Sequence record: DRR378314_895 | Reading direction: 5' to 3' (one strand) | Length of the DNA stretch: 59,081 nucleotides | In this document: piece by piece, positions 1 to 9,486 of the stretch | Layout of the letters: every line of letters starts with the position of its first letter | How positions within the stretch are numbered: the stretch's first letter is position 1 | Notes under the pieces: generated by a model | Told to the model about the DNA's origin: nothing | Seen by the model: only the letters and a program-made list of their open reading frames with translations | Databases searched by the model: none | Position numbers and translations under genes: made by a program

Positions 1-395
1 TCCTGTCATCAGATTGAGAAGGTCCCAATCGTCAGACAGGTTCGTCAGTTCGCAAAATCCACGCCGCTCACATCAGCACGCAACACCAGCCACAAGCGCC
101 AATACCGCGAAAGCGGTTTCGTCCTTGTCCCGCATTGGCGTCACTCGCCTCTCGAAAATGCTGCGCGGCGCATGGATGACCGCTCTGGTGAAGCTGCGGC
201 GCGGCATCAGGTACCTCGCCTAGAAGCGGCATTTGGCCGTCATTACTCAATCGAGAGCGGAAACATACTGAAAATCTAGCCGTGTACTGTACATTCCGGC
301 CATTTCAACGAGAGGAACACACCATCAAACCGTGGGATCAAACACCTACTTGGAACCTCACAACTTCGATCTGGGTTTGCCGCAGATACCTCATG

Positions 396-1688
396 TCAGC
401 TATCGGCTTCTAAGGTCAGTCGTTTGTTCAACACAAAGGTCAATACCACTGCAACAACAAGAAACAATGCACCGACGATCCATGCGATAGGTGTCGAGTA
501 TGTTTCAGCCACGGCTCCGGTCAGTACTAGACCCAATGCGCCCCCTAATTGCTGTATCAACGATTTCAGCGACAGTATGGTCGATCGCTGACGGTCCTCG
601 ACGCAGCGGTGCAGAATGCTGCTGGCAGGTGTCTCGCTCACACCAAGGATCACAGAATACAGGATGAAAACCGTCACAAAGCTGACGATACTGCCTTGCA
701 ACGCCAATGCTATCTGAACGCCCGCCAGGCAAGCAAACGTTGCTGCCAGCGTCAGGGCGTGCCGCCGCTTGAATATCCGGCTGATGTGCGTGGACAGAGA
801 TGCGCCGAAAGCGATGGAGAAGAAATAGGTCGCAGTCACGATACCAATGGCAGTATTTGCGTAACCCGCATCCAACATTGGCTTTACGTGGGTCGGCCAG
901 ATCACTTCGACCGGGTTGGTGGCCATCAGAAAGACCGCGAGCGATGCCAGTAGAATTGAAAGTGTGGGATGTTTTAGAGCGAGAAGACCTGAGTCTTTGA
1001 TCACTGTTGGAACGTTTGCGAACCCCTGCCTGAGTGCGCCGAAGTTCATCGGACGCGGATTTTCTACAATGGCCAGCATCGTAAAAACAAACACGCCCAA
1101 CATCACACCAAAGCTCGCAGCGTAGGACACATCATAGATGCTGAAACCGAGGCCTTTCGCGACCGCGCCGCAAATATCGGGCAAAAGACCCCCTAGAACC
1201 GCGCCAATGGCCAGCCCCACGGCATTGGCCCATTGCGCTTTGGCCAATGCGGGTTGCACATCCACATTTGGCGCGGCGGTCTTGAAGGATTCGACAAACC
1301 ACGCATCGAGAGTGCCCGACCGAAGCGCCCGTCCCAAACCGATGAATGCAAATGACAGCGCCAGAACGTAGAAGTCGCTCGTCGAGAGAAAAAGTGCCAG
1401 CGAAATCAGACTAGCGACGACCGCTGTCAGAAATACCGGCTTGCGGCCAATGCTGTCAGCGAGACCGCCAAACGGGAGTTCCATCGTCAGTGTTGTAAGC
1501 GAATAGACTCCGAAAAGCAGCGAGATTTGAAAGAGGTCCATGCCTCTGTCAGTCAAGGCCAGAGCAACAACGGCAACTGTGAGGCCCATCGCGAACCGAT
1601 CAAGAAACTGGTGCATCTGGAACACACGAATGACCCGTCGAGCTGATCCATTCAGCGCTGCAAAAGAGAACTCTGTTTCGATTTCCAT
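396..1688 (-). CDS. MFS transporter
   Basis: About 12 hydrophobic segments and an MFS motif A-like GGLADSIGRK; start placed at ATG 1688 (MEIETEF) rather than GTG 1721. Confidence 0.85.
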   Translation of the reverse strand: MEIETEFSFAALNGSARRVIRVFQMHQFLDRFAMGLTVAVVALALTDRGMDLFQISLLFGVYSLTTLTMELPFGGLADSIGRKPVFLTAVVASLISLALFLSTSDFYVLALSFAFIGLGRALRSGTLDAWFVESFKTAAPNVDVQPALAKAQWANAVGLAIGAVLGGLLPDICGAVAKGLGFSIYDVSYAASFGVMLGVFVFTMLAIVENPRPMNFGALRQGFANVPTVIKDSGLLALKHPTLSILLASLAVFLMATNPVEVIWPTHVKPMLDAGYANTAIGIVTATYFFSIAFGASLSTHISRIFKRRHALTLAATFACLAGVQIALALQGSIVSFVTVFILYSVILGVSETPASSILHRCVEDRQRSTILSLKSLIQQLGGALGLVLTGAVAETYSTPIAWIVGALFLVVAVVLTFVLNKRLTLEADS

Positions 1689-1838
1689 CTTCGCAGCATC
1701 AACGTTGCTGCCGTCGTGCACAATACCCTAGGTGAGGTAGAGCCTACTCCGTGCAACAAAGCGTATGGGGTGGCTGGCTTCCGCTCCCGGTGTCGCAATA
1801 CGCCATGCTTCAGAAGCTGCGGTCGAGAGGAGCCACCG

Positions 1839-1998
1839 ATGCAAGTTGCCACCGTCGGCTTGGAATTCCCACCGCGCAATCACTCGAGCGGCGGTAGGGA
1901 GCGATTGGGCAAGATCACCAAGATGGGCGACCGGTTTCTGGCAGCTCATCATGGTCGGCATGACATCGCGGGTTCGGCAGGTCACCAATCATCCGGAC
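1839..1998 (+). pseudogene. IS110-family transposase remnant 1, internally deleted
   Basis: RBS GAGGAG, then MQVATVGLE (IS110 N-terminus) joined directly to PRNHSSGGRERLGKITKMGDRFL (C-terminal domain with the SSGG motif), then a frameshift into QLIMVGMTSRVRQ. Confidence 0.8.
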
Positions 1999-2051
1999 CC
2001 CGCCGCCCTCAGGCGGTGTATTTTGGGAAAGCAAACGGGAGGGTTCATGCC

Positions 2052-3014
2052 ATGGAAATCAAAAGGATCGGCCTTGATCTGGCCAAATACATCTTTGAAG
2101 TTCGCGCCATAGATCACGACGCAAAGGTCGTGCTTCGAAAGACGCTGAAGTGAGATGCTGTTGCTCAGTTCTTCGCCGAGTTGGAGCCTTGCGTTGTCGG
2201 GATGGAAGCGTGCTGCGGATCGCACTATTGGGCGCGGGTTTTGACGGATCTCGGGCATGAGGTTCGGCTAATCTAGCCTCAGTTCGTGAAGCCTTACGTC
2301 AAATCCAACAAGAACGATCGCAATGACGCGGAAGCGATTTGCAAAGCTGACGGTAGGCCATCGATGCGGTTTGTACCGCCAAAGTCGCCAGAGCAATTGG
2401 AAATCCAGGCGGTCCATCGAATCCGCCAGCGGGTGGTCGCAAGCCGTACCCGGCTCGTGAAGCAGGCCCGAGGTCTGCTCTGCGAGCACGGTATCGTGGT
2501 CCCATGTGATATAGACCGCATTCGGCGCACCCTTAGCGAAATTGCAGACGGTCAGTCGGAAGGCTTCGGGGCGCTCTTCGTTGATGTGCTACGCGACATC
2601 CGAGAAGAACTGATCGAGTTGGACGCGCGTCTCGCTGGCTACCATCAGCGGATCAAAAGCCTCTTCCGTTCCAACGAAATGTGCCAGCGCATCGGCCAGA
2701 TCGAGGGGATCGGACCGATTACCGCAACGGCGCTGGCCGCCGCAGTTGGCGACAAGTCTTGCCTTAAAACTGGCCGTCAATTTGCAGCTTGGCTGGGCCT
2801 GGTACCAAAGCAGCACTCAAGCGGCGGAAAGGCGCGCCTGTTCGGCACCAGAAAACGAGGCGACAGCGATGTTGATCCATGGGCGCGCGCGGCCCTGGGA
2901 CAATCTGCCGGAAAACCTGACACGCGAAACCAATGGATCAAGCGTATGCGAGAACGGCGCCACCCAAATGTCGTCGCGGTTGCATCGGCAAACAAGAACG
3001 CTCGGATTGTTTAG
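2052..3014 (+). pseudogene. IS110-family transposase remnant 2
   Basis: MEIKRIGLDLAK, VGMEAC, KNDRNDAEAIC (DEDD RuvC-like), GIGPITA, AAWLGLVPKQHSSGGK; in-frame stops at TGA 2151-2153 and TAG 2274-2276; disrupted near 2870 and truncated after ANKNARIV. Confidence 0.92.
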
Positions 3015-3119
3015 TCGCCTCCACTCCGTCCCCTGGCTGACATAGACGGTTTCAGCAGATGCAGGCGTGGTGACGCCGGATAGAAATAGCAGGGCGAGTG
3101 CTGGGGAAAATCGCTTCAT
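3012..3119 (-). pseudogene. 5' fragment of a secreted protein, truncated at the IS110 junction
   Basis: MKRFSPALALLFLSGVTTPASA|ETVYV is a typical signal peptide; the frame then runs into antisense IS110 sequence. Confidence 0.45.
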
Positions 3120-3323
3120 ATCAGAAATCCTCAATATGTGGCTGCACTTTTACGTCGAAACAGAGGCCTCACATTTTAGCCACCATTGGGCGATTCGTTA
3201 AAAACAATTCTCCTTAAACGGGTTTTTGAGCCTGCCCTCACCGCATATTGAGACCGACGATATGCGGCTCCCTGGCCTGTCGCGCCCACAAGCTGCGCCG
3301 GGTCGCCAACATGAGGCGGATCA

Positions 3324-3348
3324 GCAAATGATCCGGGGGATCATTTGC
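3324..3348. repeat. Perfect hairpin GCAAATGATCC-GGG-GGATCATTTGC (REP-like or IS-associated palindrome)
   Basis: 11-bp perfect inverted repeat with a 3-nt loop, seen directly. Confidence 0.6.
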
Positions 3349-3394
3349 CCGGCGATTGGATGCACTGAGTGAAATTGATGGGCGGGGTCTTATT

Positions 3395-3450
3395 TGATCT
3401 GATCCCCGAAAACTCTGCTTTCGGTCGGTCCAGGGTTGGGGAGCAGATTA
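3395..3450. repeat. Imperfect inverted repeat resembling collapsed IS3-family ends
   Basis: TGATCTGATCCCC (3395-3407) versus the reverse complement of 3438-3450, TAATCTGCTCCCC: 11/13 match. Confidence 0.35.
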
Positions 3451-3698
3451 CATCCAGCATCAGTTGCGCCTTTTTTTGAGGTGGCGCGAGTGTCTCAAGC
3501 CCCTTATTTCATTGGGCCGTGAGGGCTCTGCAGCACGTACGAATGATGCTCGACTGCGCCGAGCTAGAATAAACCCGGGACGGCACCGTAGGGCGGGCGG
3601 TTGCACAGGTTGCACGGAGCGGTGTCCATAGACTAAATCCCTTCCGAGTAAGGGGAAGCCTACCCTCAGAGCGATTTTGCATGTTTGGATGGTCTAAG

Positions 3699-4136
3699 AT
3701 GGATTGGTTCTTTCGATTGTTTCGAAAAACAAACACCTCTCGTCTTGAGCGGGCGCAGGACCGGATCAGTCAAGGTGCAGAGCAGTTTCGTCAGGCTGCA
3801 GAAGCGCTGCCTGCCACGCAGGCGAGGGTGTTCTGGGATCTGGCTGCGGTATCCATCAATTTGCGCAACGAAATCGCGCGCGCGCCAGACATGATCAGCC
3901 CGCTCCGAAAGATCATCTTTTTCTACCTGCCCAAAATGGCTGAGCTTAGCCTTCGATGGGCGCGTCTTTCGGCCCAAGATCCATTCGCTGACCTCGATAC
4001 CGCAGATCAGGAGGAGTTTCGCGGCTACCTGAGCATATTGCAAAGCGCTGTGACCTTCTGTGAAGCGCGCCGTCACGATGATCTGGAGCAGACTATGGCC
4101 GTGTTTCAAACTCAGTTGCGTCGGCTTGACGGATGA
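3699..4136 (+). CDS. Hypothetical helical protein, possibly XpaC-like (5-bromo-4-chloroindolyl phosphate hydrolysis family)
   Basis: RKIIFFYLPKMAELSLRWARL and C-terminal DDLEQTMAVFQTQLRRLDG resemble XpaC motifs; ATGA overlap with the helicase; alternative start at 3681. Confidence 0.55.
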   Translation: MDWFFRLFRKTNTSRLERAQDRISQGAEQFRQAAEALPATQARVFWDLAAVSINLRNEIARAPDMISPLRKIIFFYLPKMAELSLRWARLSAQDPFADLDTADQEEFRGYLSILQSAVTFCEARRHDDLEQTMAVFQTQLRRLDG

Positions 4137-6469
4137 GTAAACCGCGTTTGTTTGATGCGATGGAGTTTCGCCATAACTGGCGCGGTTATCAAGCGCGCAT
4201 TTTGGATGATCTTGAGGCGCATCTGGATGACCGCAAGCTTCATATCATTGCCGCTCCCGGTGCTGGGAAGACGGTGTTGGGATTGGAAATCATCCGAAAG
4301 CTCGGGCTGCGAACATTGGTGCTCGCACCAAGTCTTTTGGTGCGTGATCAATGGGTAGAACGACTACGGAGTGATTTTCTTTCTGACCCGGAATTTGACG
4401 CATCCGATGATGTCAGTATCGACCCGGCGGCGGATGTGGCATTCCGGATCTCGACCTATCAGAGCATTCACCAACGGCGGAGCGAGACACTGCCCGCCGT
4501 TGATTTGCTGTGTCTCGACGAGGCGCACCATCTGCGCAAAAGTTGGTGGCAAACGCTGAGCCAGATGGTGGAGCACCACGACTGCGTCACGCTTTCGCTA
4601 ACCGCGACCCCGCCCTATGGCGCTGTGGCCCATGAATGGGCGAATTATGATGCGCTTTGCGGGCCAGTCGACGCAGAAATTTCGGCGCCTGAACTGGTCG
4701 CAACGGGTGATCTCTGCCCGCATCAGGATCTGGTCTATACTGCTGTGACAACCCGCGCGGGGGAATATACGCGCAATCGTCAAGAAGAGGCCGAGAGTTT
4801 TGCAAAGCTGCGAGCAGACCCGGACATGCTGGCGCGGATCGCGGCAAGCTCCTGGATAACCGATTGCAAAACGCATGCGGATGAGGTGTTGAACAATGCG
4901 CAGTTGTTCAGCGCGATGCTGATCTACCTGCGGGATGCGGGCTGTTCCATCCCGGCATATTCACGACGTCTTTTGCAGATAAGAACGGCCGACATCCCAG
5001 CGCTATCGTGGGAGTGGCTGGAGCTACTTTTTACAGGATTGAAGCAGGAACTTCCGTCAACAATCATAGAGGTTCTGGCCCAATCCGGGGCACTACATAA
5101 TGACCGTATTGCGCTCCCGCCGCAAAAATTCACCAAGCGTACGGAGATATTGCAAGACAATGCCTCTCGGATGAGGGCTTGCCTTGGTATCCACTCGCTT
5201 GAACGCGACATTCGCGGTGAGGGCTTGCGGCAGGCGATTTTGGTTGACCGGGTTGGTCGCATGTCATTGAAATCCGGCGGACAGTCCGAAGGCTATAATG
5301 CGGTGGGCCTGTTCCAGCGGCTCCTTGCGGAAGGCGACCCGGGCGATCTGGCGATTGTGACTGGTCAGTTTGTTGTATTGCCGCGCGGCATGGCCGAAGG
5401 CCTTGATGGAGAGGATCTGTCCGATGTAGCGGGCTATGTGATATTGTCGGGGCGGAGTTTCGATGCTGCCGTTACCCGTGCAAATCTGGCCTTTCGCTGT
5501 GGTGATATCCGGGTCGTCATTGGCACGCAGGCTTTTCTCGGTCAGGGATGGGACGCACCATCGCTTAACTCGTTGATACTTGGCACCAACATGTCGAGTT
5601 TTGTCGGTGTGAACCAGCTCCGCGGACGTGCCTTGCGCATTGACTGGCAGACGCCCGACAAAAGCGCCAACATTTGGCATCTGGCGATCCTGCCTGACGC
5701 GGATGTCGCAGGAGAGGATCTGATAGCACTAGAGCGTCGTTTTGCCTGCTTTGCCCGTATTGATAGGGATGTCGGTGAAATCCGTTCCTATTTCGCGCCA
5801 GAAGACCACTCCGTCGCACAAAATGCGAAAGCCACACGGCTCGCCCAAAGCCATGAAAACCTCTGTGCAGATTGGGACGAGGCGCTGGATGTTGGCAGCG
5901 ACATTGGTGGGAGGTTGGTGCAGGAAAGCCGTCTAAATTGGCAGCAAGGCCAGCTCGTCTTACCGCGGCCAAGGGGCGTTTCGCATTGGCTGCGGGGGCT
6001 CATTGGGAAACCTATCCCTGATGCCGAGGTCGAACGCATGCTGTTGCGTCTGGCACGTGTGGTCTTGGAGAGCTTGCGGCAGCTATCAGAGATCCGCACG
6101 GAGCACGATATTCGTCCATATGTCTATCAGGGGGCAGATGGTATCTCTGTTGGGGTCGACAATGCCTCGCGTTTTGAAGAGACCCTGTTTCACGATACTT
6201 TACGCCAGCTGATGAATCCGGTCGTAAACCCACGCTACCTGATTAATCTGCCGTCCGGGTTGTTTCTCCGGAACGCCCAACTCTTTGCAGTGCCCTCCCG
6301 GTTCGATGGCCATAAGCGACGCGCCGAACTGTTCTGGCGGAATTGGCAAGCGATGATCGGTCGTGGTACGTTGATATATACGCGCACCATTGCGGGCCGA
6401 GGCTTGCTGCAGGCGGCTCGATTGAAAAGTGCGGGGCACAAATCGGTACAGAATTTGCTTTGGAAATGA
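4133..6469 (+). CDS. Superfamily 2 DEAD/DEAH-box helicase (ResIII-like N-terminus)
   Basis: Q motif WRGYQ, Walker A AAPGAGKT, DEAHH, motif III LTATPP, GQGWDAP, motif VI QLRGRALR. Confidence 0.92.
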   Translation: MSKPRLFDAMEFRHNWRGYQARILDDLEAHLDDRKLHIIAAPGAGKTVLGLEIIRKLGLRTLVLAPSLLVRDQWVERLRSDFLSDPEFDASDDVSIDPAADVAFRISTYQSIHQRRSETLPAVDLLCLDEAHHLRKSWWQTLSQMVEHHDCVTLSLTATPPYGAVAHEWANYDALCGPVDAEISAPELVATGDLCPHQDLVYTAVTTRAGEYTRNRQEEAESFAKLRADPDMLARIAASSWITDCKTHADEVLNNAQLFSAMLIYLRDAGCSIPAYSRRLLQIRTADIPALSWEWLELLFTGLKQELPSTIIEVLAQSGALHNDRIALPPQKFTKRTEILQDNASRMRACLGIHSLERDIRGEGLRQAILVDRVGRMSLKSGGQSEGYNAVGLFQRLLAEGDPGDLAIVTGQFVVLPRGMAEGLDGEDLSDVAGYVILSGRSFDAAVTRANLAFRCGDIRVVIGTQAFLGQGWDAPSLNSLILGTNMSSFVGVNQLRGRALRIDWQTPDKSANIWHLAILPDADVAGEDLIALERRFACFARIDRDVGEIRSYFAPEDHSVAQNAKATRLAQSHENLCADWDEALDVGSDIGGRLVQESRLNWQQGQLVLPRPRGVSHWLRGLIGKPIPDAEVERMLLRLARVVLESLRQLSEIRTEHDIRPYVYQGADGISVGVDNASRFEETLFHDTLRQLMNPVVNPRYLINLPSGLFLRNAQLFAVPSRFDGHKRRAELFWRNWQAMIGRGTLIYTRTIAGRGLLQAARLKSAGHKSVQNLLWK

Positions 6470-6487
6470 CCTGTCGTGGTGGCGCAC

Positions 6488-7261
6488 CTAGACTGAAAAC
6501 GCAGCCTTGAACGCGACGAGGGCGTCTTCCTCAACTCCTGATGCAAAGGCCTCCATCGCGATAGGGCCAGCGTAGCCCATTGCGTCCAATGCACGGGCAA
6601 TGCTGGCATAGTTGATTTCGCCAGTTCCGGGCTCACAGCGGCCCGGTACGTCCGCAACCTGGATCTCGCCGACCCAGGGCTGGCACGCCTGGCAAAGCTC
6701 GATCAGATTCCCTTCGCCGATCTGCGCATGATACAGGTCCAGATTAAGGCGCAGTTCCGGCCGGTTGATCGCAGAGACCAGTGCCAGAGTGTCTTCCGCG
6801 CGGGCAAATGGGACGCCTGCATGGTCGGTCGGCAGGTTGAGGTTTTCGAGCGTGAAAACCACCTCCAGCTCTTCTGCAAGGTCACAGATGCGATTGAGCG
6901 TATCCAGTGCCTTCACCCATTTGAGCGGCGTTGCGGTCTCGGCGTGTTTGGGGCGTCCGCCGTCTCCAAGCCCGGTGCCGTGCAGGTTCAATCGCTGGAC
7001 GCCGAGCCGTTTGCCAACGAGAGCGGCCTCTCTTGCCGACGCCAGTAGCGTCTCGGCGCCATCGTCGTCCGCCAGGCGCCCGTCCAGATAGCCGTTCATG
7101 ATCGAGAACGTCGCGCGCGACTTTGCCAGAGCTGCGATGTCGTGATCGGCCCAGTTCCACAAGCCGACCTCAAACCCCATCTCGTCAAGGCGCGCGCAGC
7201 GCCAGTCTATCGGTCTGTCGCGCCAGAGCATTTCGGCGCAGGCGGCAAGAGTAAACGCCAT
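6488..7261 (-). CDS. Hydroxypyruvate isomerase-like TIM-barrel sugar isomerase/epimerase
   Basis: LENLN, LNLDLYHAQIGEGNL, IQVADVPGRCEPGTGEINY (Hyi-family motifs); lies in the iol operon. Confidence 0.85.
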   Translation of the reverse strand: MAFTLAACAEMLWRDRPIDWRCARLDEMGFEVGLWNWADHDIAALAKSRATFSIMNGYLDGRLADDDGAETLLASAREAALVGKRLGVQRLNLHGTGLGDGGRPKHAETATPLKWVKALDTLNRICDLAEELEVVFTLENLNLPTDHAGVPFARAEDTLALVSAINRPELRLNLDLYHAQIGEGNLIELCQACQPWVGEIQVADVPGRCEPGTGEINYASIARALDAMGYAGPIAMEAFASGVEEDALVAFKAAFSV

Positions 7262-7264
7262 GCC

Positions 7265-8266
7265 TCACGCCTCCGACAGGAACGGGGCCACCTCAACTGG
7301 CCGCCCTTCCGCCAAGGACCGATTGGCCGCCTCGGCCAGTGCCAGCGCGTTGACGCCGTCCTGGATTGTTGCGGGCACAGCCTTTCCATCCACGACGGCA
7401 TCTACAAAGGCGGACCATTCGATGGAGAAGGCGCGCATGTAGCGTTCGAGAAAGAAATACACAGGTTTTGCCGAAGTGACGCCCGCGCTGGTGGATTTCA
7501 CGACGGTGTTTTCCAGTTCGTTGTCGGCGGCCAGTGCGCCGTCAGAGCCCAGAACCTCAACCCGCTGATCGTATCCGTATGGAGCCCGGCGAGAGTTGCG
7601 GATCGTGGCGATCCGGCCGTCGGCGTAGGACAGCACGACGACAGCTGTGTCGATGTCCCCAGCTGCGCCGATTTCTGGGTCAACCAGGCAGGAGCCATGT
7701 GCTGTCACGGTCGTCGGCATGCCAAACAGAAACGAGCACATGTCGAAGTCATGAATCATCATGTCGCGATACAGCCCGCCGGATACCTCGATGTAGCTGA
7801 CGGGCGGCGGGGCAGGGTCGTAGGAGGTAACCGAGAGCAGCTCGCTACTGCCGATTTCTCCCGCATCGAGTGCTGCCTTGAGTGCTGAGAAATTCGAATC
7901 GAAGCGACGGTTGAAGCCCATCATCATGGGTTTGTCATGATTGGCAGCGGTTGCGGACACTTGCAGCGCGCGCTCCAGCGACAGGTCAATTGGTTTCTCG
8001 CAAAAGATCGCCTTGTTAGCCTTTACGCCGGCTTCGATCAGGTCGGAGTGGGTGTTGGTCGAGGACGCGATCAGAATGGCGTCAATGCTGGTGTCGGCGA
8101 GGATGTCGTCGGCGCTGCGGGCTTCAATGCCATGATCCTGTGCCAGAGCCTGCGCTGCCTCTTGCATGACGTCGGTGACCGCGACCAGCTCAGAGCGCGG
8201 ATCCATCTTGATCGAAGCTGCGTGGACCTTGCCGATGCGACCGGCCCCGAAAAGAGCGACTTTCAT
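7265..8266 (-). CDS. iolG: myo-inositol 2-dehydrogenase
   Basis: GAGRIG, CEKP, GFNRRFD, SGGLYRDMMIHDFD, YGYDQRVEV, FFLERY. Confidence 0.92.
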   Translation of the reverse strand: MKVALFGAGRIGKVHAASIKMDPRSELVAVTDVMQEAAQALAQDHGIEARSADDILADTSIDAILIASSTNTHSDLIEAGVKANKAIFCEKPIDLSLERALQVSATAANHDKPMMMGFNRRFDSNFSALKAALDAGEIGSSELLSVTSYDPAPPPVSYIEVSGGLYRDMMIHDFDMCSFLFGMPTTVTAHGSCLVDPEIGAAGDIDTAVVVLSYADGRIATIRNSRRAPYGYDQRVEVLGSDGALAADNELENTVVKSTSAGVTSAKPVYFFLERYMRAFSIEWSAFVDAVVDGKAVPATIQDGVNALALAEAANRSLAEGRPVEVAPFLSEA

Positions 8267-8290
8267 ATGCGTATTCCTTTCGTGGAAAAA

Positions 8291-9406
8291 TCAGAGAGTG
8301 ACGCGGCGGCCTTCGCGGGCCGATGTGTCGATAGCGTGGATGATGCGCTCGAATTCCAGAGCGTCGGTGAAGCTGGGGAACGCGTCCGTGCCAGCGGTGA
8401 TGGCGCGCAGGAACGTGGCCACCTCGATGGTCTTCAGGTCGCCAAATCCCAGCTGATGGCCGGGTGCTGGGCAGAAGCTATCATAGGGTGAATGCTCCGG
8501 GCCCGTCAGGACCGTACGAAAGCCCTGCTGCGATTTTGGGCCGTCATTGGTGTAGAGCTGTAGCTCGTTCAGCCGTTCCTGACTGAAGGTGAGCATGCCT
8601 TTGGTGCCATGCAGTTCCCAGTCAAGCTTGTTCTTGCGGCCCCAGGCGGAGCGAGACGTGCAAACTGTTCCCTGCGCGCCCGTCTTGTAGCGCAGAATGG
8701 CAGAGGCGGTATCTTCATTCTCAACGGTGCCACGGCCTGATCCATCGGGCAGGGGGCGGGTGTCATGGATGATCTGTGTGTCGGCAATCAGGCTCTCGAT
8801 CTCGCCCATCAGAATGTGGGACATGGAGACGAGATGGCACCCGAGATCCCCCAGCGCACCAAGGCCGGCGTCCGCGCGTTTTGCGCGCCAGGTCCAGGGC
8901 AGATCGGGGTCAGCCTGGTAGTCCTCATCCACCCAGCCACGAAAATGAACCGGCTTGCCGATCACACCTCCACTGATGAGGCGACGCGCATGGGTGATGG
9001 CCGGATTATGGATGTAATTGTAGCCCACCATGGTGCGCACACCTGCGGTGCGAGCGGCGGCCTCCATCTCCTCTGCGTCGTTGATCGTTAGGGCGAGGGG
9101 TTTTTCGCAATGCACGTGTTTACCCGCGGCAATGGCGGCCAGTGCCATTTCCTTGTGGAGGGCGTTGGGGGTCGTGATGGAGACGATGTCCACGTCGGGC
9201 GCGGTGATCAGCGTACGCCAATCGTCGGTAGCGACGTCGAAACCAAACTGTGTCGCGTATCGCCTCGCATTTTCGACGGGCGTGTCACAGAGCCTTGCAA
9301 GCCGCACCGGCGGCACATCCCCAAAGACAGCTTCTGCGGCGCGATAGGCCAAGGCATGAGCCTTGCCCATGAAGCCCGTTCCGATCAAACCAAGGCCTAG
9401 AGACAT
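8291..9406 (-). CDS. Gfo/Idh/MocA oxidoreductase (second inositol-type dehydrogenase)
   Basis: GTGFMG, HCEKPL, GALGDLGCH; RBS GGAGG precedes ATG 9406. Confidence 0.88.
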   Translation of the reverse strand: MSLGLGLIGTGFMGKAHALAYRAAEAVFGDVPPVRLARLCDTPVENARRYATQFGFDVATDDWRTLITAPDVDIVSITTPNALHKEMALAAIAAGKHVHCEKPLALTINDAEEMEAAARTAGVRTMVGYNYIHNPAITHARRLISGGVIGKPVHFRGWVDEDYQADPDLPWTWRAKRADAGLGALGDLGCHLVSMSHILMGEIESLIADTQIIHDTRPLPDGSGRGTVENEDTASAILRYKTGAQGTVCTSRSAWGRKNKLDWELHGTKGMLTFSQERLNELQLYTNDGPKSQQGFRTVLTGPEHSPYDSFCPAPGHQLGFGDLKTIEVATFLRAITAGTDAFPSFTDALEFERIIHAIDTSAREGRRVTL

Positions 9407-9420
9407 GCATTCCTCCATTA

Positions 9421-9436
9421 TGGAATTTTAATTCCA
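9421..9436. promoter_or_regulatory. Putative IolR operator TGGAATTTTAATTCCA (GGAA-N6-TTCC)
   Basis: Palindrome in the divergent dehydrogenase/iolR promoter; TTGACA on the minus strand at 9466-9471; matches the alphaproteobacterial IolR motif. Confidence 0.75.
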
Positions 9437-9486
9437 ATTTCGGTGATGCGGGATTAGAGTGTCTCTGTCAAGCGAGAGGGGTGTAA

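Noticed and set aside
1-395. Short ORFs at the window start
   Set aside because: No recognisable family; frames are interrupted or lack context.
4133-6469. Type III restriction enzyme Res subunit
   Set aside because: No adjacent Mod methyltransferase and no evident PD-(D/E)xK nuclease motif.
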